Assembly: GCF_963921235.1 (NCBI RefSeq)
Contig: NC_086108.1
Location: forward strand, 33,544,001-33,608,000
Origin: Mobula hypostoma
Lineage: Eukaryota
Length of the DNA stretch: 64,000 bases
Reading direction: 5' to 3'
The position numbers and the translations under genes were made by a program. Below the pieces are notes generated by a model, which had not been told where the DNA came from, made no database searches, and was given only the letters and a program-made list of their open reading frames with translations. This document shows positions 51,801-60,709 of this stretch, one piece after another (position 1 is the stretch's first letter; each line of letters starts with the position of its first letter).

Positions 51801-54045
51801 CCAGTCCAATGCCACTAGAAAAGAAACAGATCTGTCATTTTCTACCGAATAGGAAACACATAACTATTGGAGGTCAGCTGTACTACCATTTGGTGTGGGA
51901 AATGCAAGGCATCTCACTGCAAGACCCTGCAACGGGCTGTGAGGACAACAGGGTCTCTCCTCCTCCCCCCCGCCCAACACCTCCAATCCAGGACATATAC
52001 CTGAAGCACTGCATTTGCAGAGCACTCACCATTGTCGAGGATCTCTCCCAACTGTTCTACAATCTCTTTGACCTCCTACTGTCAGGCAGAAGCTAACAAA
52101 GCATAAAAACAAGGACTGATAGAATAGGTAACAGCTTCTTCCCCCAGGCTGAGAGGCTTCTGAACACCTTTGCCACCCAGTACACATTACTTATGAGGTG
52201 CCAGTCGAATATTTAATTATATATTGTGTATGTAGTTTATGTGAACTTGTACATCTACAGATTTTTTTAAAAAATGGGTTGATATTATTGTGTTAATATT
52301 GCTTTATGTGATAAATGTATTGTGTTCTGCACCTCGGTCCCAGAGGAACATCATTTCAATTAGCTGTATACATTTGTATGGCTGAAAGACAATAAACCGC
52401 AACTAGTAAAACACTGTACTTAATAAAACACACAGAGCACAAAACAACAGATGGTAGCTAAAAAAATTAAATTATGTACGGAGGACAAGCGTACATAGTG
52501 AAAGAATGAGGAATTAAGAGATATTTAGAAATAAGAAACTACCAAAAAGATGCAAGCAAAAGGACATTTACTCTGCCAGGGAGATTTTATAATGATTAAT
52601 TTTCACTGCAATGGAAAACCCAAACATTTTGTTGGCATATTTAGTGGGTATCTGATATTTAAGTAAATGGACTTTATTTCCTCTCCCATGCAGTTAATGA
52701 TGTATCAATATGTTAGTGATAAAAACAGAAAAGGCAGGTCAAGTAGCAGCAAAGCAGGGTCCATTTCTGGCCCAGGCAAAACAGAGTTGAAATATGAATA
52801 TATTTCTAAGTACATATAGTTCCATACCATAGCAGTGATAAATTTACATAGAATTCCTAGCTCAAGCCAGCTACAATCTTTCCTCCACCAAACCTCTGCA
52901 AGCCCAACCTCAAATGGATCTGCTTCCGCTTCCTCCAGGTTGGTCTGTGGTTGCATCGATGGAGTCAAGTCCAGAACATAGCCAGTTTCAGTCAACACTT
53001 GCAAAACTCCTCCAATTCATGACACAAAGAAGTGTCCCTGCAAACAACACTAGAATCAAGCTGCCTTACCAGCCACGGTGTCCCAATCTCCAGTTCACAG
53101 CTCTTACATACCTTTGCCGGTATTATCTCTCTACATGCCTTCACTGCACAGTCATGCAGTCCTGATCACTGATCTGAAATACTTAATCCTGTTTCACCTT
53201 CCACAGATGCTGTCTGACCTGTTGAGTCTCTGCAGCAGGTTGCTTTATCGTTCCAGATTCCAGCATCTGCATTCTCCTGTCTCCGTGTTAATCAAAGACA
53301 ACTTTAATAAAATCAAGCAACACACATCAAAGTTACTGGTGAATGCAGCAGGTCAGGCAGCATCTCTAGGAAGAGGTACAGTCGACGTTTCGGGCCGAGA
53401 CCCTGCGTCAGGACTAACTGAAGGAAGAGCTAGTAAGAGATTTGAAAGTGGGAGGGGGAGATCCAAAATGATAGGAGAAGACAGGAGGGAGAAGGATGGA
53501 GTCAAGAGCTGGACAGGTGATTGGCAAAGGGGATATGAGAGGATCATGGGACAGGAGGTCCGGGGAGAAGGAAAAGGGGAAGGGGGGGAAAAAGCCCAGA
53601 TGATGGGCAAGGGATATGGTCAGAGGGACAGAGGGAGAAAAAGGAGAGAGAGAGAAAGAATGTGTGTATAAAAATGAGTAACAGATGGGGTACGAGGGGG
53701 AGGTGGGGCCTTAGCGGAAGTTAGAGAAGTCAATGTAAATGCCATCAGGTTGGAGGCTACCCAGACGGAATATAAGGTGTTGTTCCTCCAACCTGAGTGT
53801 AGCTTCATCTTTACAGTAGAGGAGGCCGTGGATAGACATGTCAGAATGGGAATGGGAGGGAGATCAGTGGGGAGGAATGGGGGGGGGGGACGAATGGACA
53901 AGGGAGTCGCGTTTACGTTTGATAAAACACCGCTTCACCCTCCGCTGGAAGTTCCCAGGACCAGTCTCCGGAGTTACCTGTTAGCTCCCGTTACCAGGAC
54001 AACCTTGCGCACGCTCGATGCTAGGAAGGCAGCCGGCGAAGCCAT
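36772..54045 (-). CDS. hsd17b7: hsd17b7, spliced gene span (ATG to stop): 9 coding exons, 345 aa
   Basis: Manually spliced exons of 68+204+93+115+195+105+57+99+102 = 1038 nt give one open frame. It has the SDR motifs TGANSGIG, YLNAG and YSSSK and is collinear with human HSD17B7 as recalled. All introns are GT..AG. Confidence 0.97.
37239..37337 (-). CDS. hsd17b7: hsd17b7 exon 8 ([33 protein letters not shown])
   Basis: 99 nt, acceptor ttttctag, donor AAG|GTTAGG. Confidence 0.95.
37927..38235 (+). mobile_element. Degenerate V-SINE-like tRNA-derived SINE
   Basis: B-box-like GGTTCAGTC and core CAGTTTCCTCACACATCTCAAAGA...GGTTAATTG. Confidence 0.55.
39074..39130 (-). CDS. hsd17b7: hsd17b7 exon 7 ([19 protein letters not shown])
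   Basis: 57 nt, acceptor ttttctccag, donor ATG|GTATGT. Preceding intron is only 98 nt. Confidence 0.95.
39229..39333 (-). CDS. hsd17b7: hsd17b7 exon 6 ([35 protein letters not shown])
   Basis: 105 nt, acceptor ctcttgtttgcag, donor CTG|GTGAGT. Confidence 0.96.
39427..39797. mobile_element. Tigger/pogo-like element end
   Basis: Ends CCAATTAACCAGAATCCACTG followed by TA. Homologous to 30650-30965. Confidence 0.55.
40185..41245 (+). mobile_element. Rex1/Babar LINE, 3' part
   Basis: [29 protein letters not shown] and [10 protein letters not shown]. (CAATT)n tail. Confidence 0.85.
41257..41336. mobile_element. 80-bp hAT-type MITE
   Basis: Imperfect TIRs CAAGTGTTCCCAACC / GGTTGGGAATCCCTG. The 8-bp flanks match only 5/8. 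Confidence 0.55.
42941..43072 (+). repeat. 3 x 44-bp tandem repeat at the palindrome centre
   Basis: TATAAAAATA(A/G)..GATGGGGTAC..GGGGGAGGTGGGGCA starting at 42941, 42985 and 43029. Confidence 0.9.
43367..43402 (+). ncRNA. Minimal hammerhead ribozyme, intact, antisense to hsd17b7
   Basis: AGTC CTGACGA a GGGT ctcg GCCC GAAAC GTC GACT. Confidence 0.8.
43448..43642 (-). CDS. hsd17b7: hsd17b7 exon 5 (IRNLEPLF...IWTSS...[22 protein letters not shown])
   Basis: 195 nt, acceptor ttttctttgcctag, donor AAG|GTAAAT. Catalytic YxxxK (YSSSK). Confidence 0.96.
45005..46229 (+). mobile_element. hAT/Charlie non-autonomous DNA transposon
   Basis: TIRs CAGCGGTCCCCAA / TTGGGGACCCCTG and a perfect 8-bp TSD GTCTAAAG (44997-45004 and 46230-46237). 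Dimerisation-domain remnant [19 protein letters not shown]. Contains a CR1 tail at about 45603-45797 and sits in an old CR1 (about 44470-46950). Confidence 0.9.
47447..47561 (-). CDS. hsd17b7: hsd17b7 exon 4 ([38 protein letters not shown])
   Basis: 115 nt, acceptor ttttcatattaacag, donor CTA|GTAAGA. TNVFGHF motif. Confidence 0.96.
48260..49062 (-). mobile_element. Older Penelope-like fragment in hsd17b7 intron 3
   Basis: Collinear with 8800-9670 but diverged. Degenerate hammerhead at 48352-48387. Confidence 0.8.
49635..49992 (+). mobile_element. SINE-like element with an RTE/BovB-type 3' module and (TGA)n tail
   Basis: GGTAATGGCAAAATCACTTCTG...TACCAAGAAC...ACGAC..GCAC followed by TGATGATGATG. 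Resembles the recalled Sauria-SINE/BovB motif AATGGCAAACCAC. Confidence 0.5.
50485..50577 (-). CDS. hsd17b7: hsd17b7 exon 3 ([30 protein letters not shown])
   Basis: 93 nt, acceptor ttttttaacgcag, donor AG|GTATAG. NAG motif. Confidence 0.96.
51611..51814 (-). CDS. hsd17b7: hsd17b7 exon 2 ([26 protein letters not shown]...IEIRQR)
   Basis: 204 nt, acceptor tttcttttctag, donor AG|GTAGTT. Rossmann GIG and ACRN motifs. Confidence 0.96.
51865..52400 (+). mobile_element. Degenerate Rex1/Babar 3' fragment in hsd17b7 intron 1
   Basis: [27 protein letters not shown], then AACAGCTTCTTCCCCCAGGCT and AATAAA. Confidence 0.65.
53314..53912 (-). mobile_element. Penelope-like 3' fragment in hsd17b7 intron 1
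   Basis: Same pseudo-LTR family with an internal deletion near 53855. Ends about 65 nt from the exon 1 donor. Confidence 0.88.
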
Positions 54046-54325
54046 CTTCGTGCGGGACCAGGCGGACAGTCAATACTTAGCCGGCGTCCTCGGCACCGCG
54101 GAGATATAATTTCCTTCCTCCACCCTTAAGGATATGGATCATCCCTCCAACTCCACCCCTCGGACCACCTCACGTCACGATCTCCACCTGATCACACTAT
54201 TACGGCGTGCGTCGGCAGCCTGAAAGTGCGGACAACGCATTGCGCGGGATTTCGAAACAGCCGGCGTTCTCGCCGGATCGGGGGGAAGAGGACAAGCGCT
54301 TCCCTGGGATCCGTGTACCTGCGAG
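53905..54325 (-). promoter_or_regulatory. CpG-rich promoter / exon 1 region of hsd17b7
   Basis: High CpG density against an AT-rich, CpG-poor background. CRE-like TCACGTCA at 54170-54177 and a weak SRE-like ATCACACTAT at 54191-54200. Confidence 0.7.
53978..54045 (-). CDS. hsd17b7: hsd17b7 exon 1, coding part ([22 protein letters not shown])
   Basis: ATG in a strong Kozak context (aagATGG). RKVVLVTGA matches the HSD17B7 N-terminus. Donor CAG|GTAACT. Confidence 0.93.
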
Positions 54326-54428
54326 AATACATAGAGAAAAAAAGATATGTTTTTAAACCACCATTTAATCCACCCGCCCCTCCCCGTTGTCATTTGGAAG
54401 GTGGTAGTGAACTGCCTTGATGAAACCT

Positions 54429-56297
54429 GTCTGTCTGTCTGTATCTTGTTTTATGGCAGTTGGCATCCAGCTTAATGGTGCATTACCGCCACCCTCTGCT
54501 CCGGAATGTGTACTAGACATACATTCTAAATCCTTTCACCCAATCTCTCTCACTCACACACACACACAAACCTACACTTCACTCTCCCATCTTTGACCAT
54601 CCTAGTATCCTATTCCTGTTTATTCGTCATATTCTATAAAAAAACCCCTGTACCCCTTAAAAACGCTAAAAATACCCGTTCTTGTGCTCTCTCACCCATG
54701 CCCAGCAACCCTTTTAATGTGAATTCCTGCATCCTCAACTCCCGTAATTTATTTCTCATCATCTCTCTCTGTATCCCATACTTCCTGCAACTCAGAACTA
54801 CATGTTCTACTGACTCCTCTTCCTGACATTCCTCACACAAGCCTGTCTGGTGTTTCCCTATCATTTTCAATGCTTTGTTTAATGCACAATGCCCCAGCCT
54901 TAACCTAGTCCACACAATTTCCTCTCTTCTGTTTCCATTACCTACCCTAGTAACTGCAACACTCTTTTGTATTTGATATAAATGCTTCCCTTTCCCCTCC
55001 CTGTCCCATCTTTCTTGCCACATTCGGTTGACTTTTTCCCAGATTACACACTTAACCTCTGCTTTACTGATACTAATGTGCATTTCCACATTTTCTTTCT
55101 TTAACGCCCTCTTTGCCAACTCATCCACCCTCTCATTCCCCTTCACCCCTACATGTGCTGGAACCCATAGAAATTTTACCTGACCTCTCTGATTTGCAAT
55201 TCTTGTAACTAACTGAAGGACTTCATAAAGTACATCTTGCCGACTGTTTGTGTGAAAAGACCTTAAACTTGCTAGAACTGAGGATGAATCTGAACATATC
55301 AATGCTTTGGCTTGTCTGGCTTTCTGCACCCATTGCAACGCAACCAACACTGCCAGCATCTCCACTGTAAACACCCCTAACTTATTAGATGTTCTTCTGC
55401 TGATTCCAATTTCTTTTGCTGGTATTACCACCCCAAACCCTGTCACTCCTGTTTCAGGTTCCTTCGCACCATCTGTATAAATGTGAGTATAATCACTATA
55501 CTTTTCCATCACATGACAGTTAAATGCATTTATCAAATCTGTTTTATATCTTTCTTTCCTTTTTACCTCTAACAAATGCCAGTCTATGTCAGGCCATACA
55601 AGCTTCCATGGAGCTACAACCGGATAAACTACTGAAGGACTTATCCTCAGATCAAACACTCCACATTCTTTCGCGATATCATTCCCTACCCGACTAAAGG
55701 TATCCCTCTGAAACCTCCCATTTTCCCAGCACTCCTGCAACACTCCTTTAGTCGGGTGAGAATCATTGTGCCCCTGCAAGTTAGCCTAGTAGTTTGCCAT
55801 CAGTTGCATCCTTCTTAGTTCCAAAGGCATTATTCCCATTTCTACCTGTAGGGCTGACACTGGTGACGTTTTAAAAGCCCCACTGCACACTCTCAAGGCC
55901 TGAGCCTGAATCACATCCAGTTTCCTTATAAGAGACCTAGCTGCTGATCCATATACCATATTTCCATAATCTAATACAGATCTTACTAAAGCCACATACA
56001 TTCTCTTCAAAGCTGAACAACTTGCTCCCCATTCCCTACCAGTCAAACATCTCATCACATTTATTACTTTTTTACATTTCTCCTCAACTTTCCTGAAACT
56101 ACAAGAAGCAATTGATGAAGTGGTGGAGTGGGGTTATGATTGGGGATGTAGATTTTCAGTAGATAAAACTCAAACTGTATTTTTTACCAGGAAAAGGGTT
56201 GAGGTAGGGAAGAAGTTAAGGATGTATGGGGTTGAATTAGAAAGGGTTGCATCATTTAAATTTCTGGGAGTTATATTTGATTCACGATTAACGTGGG
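54429..56297 (-). mobile_element. I/Nimb-type LINE (RT end, RNase H, CCHC) with an inverted 5' segment
   Basis: ORF 54634..55779: IYTDG, VFTVE, CSDS, WVPAHVGVKGNE.VD, RLRLGH, CEEC..ESVEHVVLSC. (GACA)n tail. About 56095-56297 is on plus. TSD CTTGATGAAACCT at 54416-54428 and 56298-56310. Confidence 0.9.
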
Positions 56298-56315
56298 CTT
56301 GATGAAACCTTGCAT

Positions 56316-56533
56316 GGGGTGGTGTAGTGGTTAGCACGCCTTTATTACGGCGTCGGAATTCGGAGTTCAGTCCCGGTGTCCTCGCCGAGGAATGCGTGGG
56401 TTTTCTCTGGGTCCTCCGGTTTCCTCCCACAGTCTAAAGACCTACCGGGTAGGTTAGGGGTTAAGGTTGTCAGGGGTTGCTAGGCGGCGCGGCTCGAACG
56501 GCCTATTCCGCCCCATATCTCTAAATAAAATAA
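56316..56533 (+). mobile_element. V-SINE-type tRNA-derived SINE
   Basis: A box TGGTGTAGTGG, B box GAGTTCAGTCCC, V-domain-like GCGTGGGTTTTCTCTGGGTCCTCCGGTTTCCTCCCACAGTCTAAAGAC, TAAA tail. Confidence 0.8.
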
Positions 56534-56819
56534 ATTACTGGAAAACATGGTGTTGATATAACCTTAACTCTTTCAACTCGTCAATTGTGTGTTGTTGAAC
56601 ATCTGCAGCAGCCAGAGTGATTGTCTAAGAGCATTAGAACATGACAAAATTGTAGCAAGATTTGGCCATTCAGATCCTTCAACCAGTTCTTCTCAAATTC
56701 ATGGCTGATCTACTTTAATGTCTTTTTCCTGGCCACTTCCAAATCACCAAGTCACTTTCTCATTCAGTAGTTTTGCCCTAATTAGGAATAGCATTCTGTG
56801 CTGTCACACTGGTTTTGAT

Positions 56820-59800
56820 ACCATAATCTATTCTGGATTGGGCCTTGTACAATGAACCAGAATTAGTTAGAGACCTTAAGCTAAAAGAACCCTTGGGAGC
56901 AAGTGATCATAATATGATCAAATTCACCCTGAAATTTGAGGAGGAGAAGCCAACTTCAGATGTCTCAGTATTACAGTGGAGAAGAGGGATTACAGAGATT
57001 TGACAGAGGAGTTATCCAGAATTGATTGGAAAAGAACACTGGTAGGGTGACAGCAGAGCAGCAATGGCTGGAATTTCTGGAAGCAATTTAGAAGACACAG
57101 GATATATATATCCCAAAGAGGAAGAAGTATTCCAAAGGAAAGATGACACAACTGTGGCTAACAAGAGAAGTCAAAGCCAAAGAGAGGGCATATAACAGAG
57201 CAAAAATTAGTGGGAAGTTAGAGGATTGGAAGGTTTTTTTAAAAACCAACAGAAAGCAACTAAAAAGTCATTAAGAAGTTAAAGATGGCATACAAAACTA
57301 AGCTGAACAATAATAAAGAGGGTACCAAAATTTTCTTCAGATACATAAAGTGTATAAGAGAATTGAGAGTGGATATTGGATTGCTGGAAAATGATGCTGG
57401 AGAGGTAGTAATGGGGTCAAGGAAATGGCAGACAATCTGAATAAGTATCTTGCATCAGTCTTCACTGTGGGTGACACTAGCAATTTGGCGGAAGTTTCAG
57501 GTATCAGAGGTTATGAGGTATGTGAAGTTACCATTACTAGAGAGAAGGTTCTTTGGAAATTGAAAGGCCTGAAGGTAGTTAAGTCACCTGGATCAGATCG
57601 TCTACACCTCAGAGTTCTGAAAAAGGCGGTTGAAGAGATCGTTAAGGCATGAGTAATGATCTTTCAAGAATCACTAGATTCTGGAATGATTCCTGAAGAC
57701 TGGAAAAGACCATAAGACCATAAGACAAAGGAGCAGAAGTAGGCCATTCGGCCCATCGAGTCTTCTCCGCCATTTTATCATGAGCTGATCCATTTTATCC
57801 TATTTAGTCCCACTGCCCCGCCTTCTCACCATAACCTTTGATGCCCTGGCTACTCAGATACCTATCAATCTCTGCCTTAAAGACACCCAATGACTTGGCC
57901 TCCACTGCTGCCCGTGGCAACAAATTCCATAGATTCACCACCCTCTGACTAAAAAAATTTTTTCTCATTTCTTTTCTGAAAGGGCGCCCTTCAATCCTGA
58001 AGTCATGCCCTCTCATACTAGACTCCCCCATCATGGGAAACAACTTTGCCACATCCACTCTGTCCATGCCTTTTAACATTCGAAATGTTTCAATGAGGTC
58101 TCCCCTCATTCTTCTAAACTCCAAGGAATACAGTCTAAGAGCGGACAAACGTTCCTCATATGTTAACCCTCTCATTCCCGGAATCATTCTAGTGAATCTT
58201 CTCTGTACCCTCTGCACATCCTTTCTTAAATAAGGAGACCAAAACTGCCCACAGTACTCCAAGTGAGGTCTCACCAGCGCCTTATAGAGCCTCAATATCA
58301 CATCCCTGCTCCTATACTCTATTCCTCTGGAAATGAATGCCAACATTGCATTTGCCTTCTTCACTACCGACTCAACCTGGAGGTTAACTTTAAGGGAATC
58401 CTGTACGAGGACTCCCAAGTCCCGTTGCATTTCAGAACTTTGAATTCTTTCCCCATTTAAATAATAGTCTGCCTGTTTATTTTTTCTGCCAAAGTGCATA
58501 ACCATACACTTTCCAACATTGTACTTCATTTGCCACTTCTCTGCCCATTCTTCCAATCTATCCAAGTCTCTCTGCAGACTCTCCGTTTCCTCAGCACTAC
58601 TGGCCCCTCCACCTACCTTCGTATCTTCAGCAAACTTAGCCACAAAGCCACCTATTCCATAATCCAAATCGTTGATGTACAATGTAAAAAGAAGCGGCCC
58701 CAACACTGATCCCTGTGGAACACCACTGGTAACCGGCAGCCAACCAGAATAAGATCCCTTTATTCCCATTCTCTGTTTCCTGCCAATCAGCCAATGCTCT
58801 ATCCACGTATGTAACTTTCCTGTAATTCCATGGGCTGTTATCTTGTTAAGCAGCCTCATGTGTGGCACCTTGTCAAAATTGGGAATGTCATTCCACTCTT
58901 TAAGATGGCGGTAGAAAGGAAAGTGTAGGCCAGTTACTCTGGCCTCAGTGGTTGGGAAGATGTTGGAGTTGATTATTAAGAATGAGGTCTCGGTACTTTG
59001 AGGCACATGGTAAAATAGACAGTAGTCAGCACGATTCCTGAAGGGAAAATCTTGCCTGACAAAGCTGCTGGAATTCTTTGAAGAAACAACAAGAAGGATA
59101 GACATAGGAGAACCAGTTGATGTTGTATACTTGGATTTTCAGAAGGCCTTCGTCAAGGCTGCTTAACAAGCTATGAGTCCATGGTTTTACAGGAAAGATT
59201 CTAGCAGGGATAAAGCAGTGGCTGAACGGCAGCAGGCAAAGAGTGGGAATAAAGGGAGCCTTTCCTAGCTGACTGCTGGTGACTAGTGGTGTTCCAGAGA
59301 GGTCTGTGTTGGGACTGATTCTTTTTATGTTATATGTGAATGATTTGGGTGATGGGGTTGATGGTTTTTTTTGCCAGGTTTGAAGACGATATGAAGATGG
59401 GTGGAGGGGAAGGTAGTTTTGAGGGAGTAGAGAGGCTACAGAAGGACTTAGACAGATTAGGAGAATGGGCAAAGAAATGGCAGCTGGAATACAGTGTTGG
59501 GAAGTCTCTGATCATGCACTTTGGTAGAAGAAATTAAAGGGTTGATTATCTTCTAAATGGAGAGAAAATACAAAAAACTGAGATGCAAATGGTCTTGGGA
59601 GTCCTTGTGCAGTATTTTAAATGTTAATTTTCAGGTTGAGCCTGTGGTAAGGAAGGCAAAAACCATGTTAGCATTCATATCAAGAGGACTAGAATATAAA
59701 AGCAAGGATTAAGGCTTTATAAAACACTAACAAAGCCTCAATTGGAGTATTGTGAACAGTTTTGGGCTCAAAAGAATGTGCTAAAACTGGAGCGGGTTCA

Positions 59801-60283
59801 AAGGAGGTTCACGAAAATAATTCCAGGATTGAATGGCTTGTGATATGAAGAGTGTTTGATGGCTACAGGCCTGTATTTACTGGAATTCAGAAGAATGGGA
59901 GGTAACCTCATTGAAACCAATCGAATGTTGAAAGGCCTCAACAGAGTGGACGTGGAGAGGATGTTTCCTTTGGTGGGAGAGTCTGAGACCAGAGGACACA
60001 GCCTCAGAATAGAGGGGCATCCTTTTAGAATGGAGTTGGGGAGGAATTTCTTTAGCCAGAGAGTGGTGAATCTGTGGAATTCTTTGTCACAGGCAGCTGT
60101 GGAGGACATGTTTTTATGTATATTTAAGGCAGAGGTTTGTAGATTGTTGATTAGTCAGGGCATGAAGGGATATGGGGAGAAGGCAGGAGATTGAGGCTGA
60201 GAGGAAAATTGAATCAGCCAGGATGAAATAGCTGAGCAAACTGTGGGCCAAATGGCCTAATTTTGCTCCTATATCTTATAGGC
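56820..60283 (+). mobile_element. Degenerate CR1 LINE split by an antisense CR1
   Basis: Reads ...PEDWK up to 57707, resumes AAAATTGGGAATGTCATTCCA at about 58875, and continues to a CR1 tail near 60280. Confidence 0.85.
57708..58875 (-). mobile_element. Younger CR1 LINE, 3' part, nested
   Basis: Open frame [30 protein letters not shown]. (TCTTATGG)n tail at about 57708-57726. Confidence 0.92.
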
Positions 60284-60709
60284 TTTTGCCAAAACTAAAT
60301 GTTTTTCTTAGTTCCTTTCCTGAGCAATTAATCTGCAAAATTCACACCATTTTCAACCGGAAATCATCCCTTAAATATCATTTAAAAAGAATGTTGCCCA
60401 ATGCAGTTGTTTGCTTTGAATATCTAGCAGTAGTCTGGAATAGAGTAGTGGCTTGTCAATGTTTGTTTAAGATTTATGTTAATGATTTGAAGGAGTAGCA
60501 CCCAAGTTTGCTGATATGATAAAGATAGATGGGTAGACATGTGGCCATCAGGATATTTGGATATTGCAACAGGATATGGATAGATTGAGTGGATGGACAA
60601 AATCTTGGCAAATGATGTTCATTGTAGGAAAGTGTGAGGCCATGTCCATCAGTAAGAGAAATCCAAAGACAGGATATTATCTAAATGGAGAAAGCTGCAG
60701 ATGAGGAAT

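Noticed and set aside
56316..56390. tRNA gene
   Set aside because: It has A/B boxes but no complete cloverleaf, and continues into a V-SINE core and tail.
57804..59105. 433-aa ORF as an intact gene
   Set aside because: It is chimeric: the N-terminal part is the antisense of the host CR1 and the rest is the nested CR1 RT.
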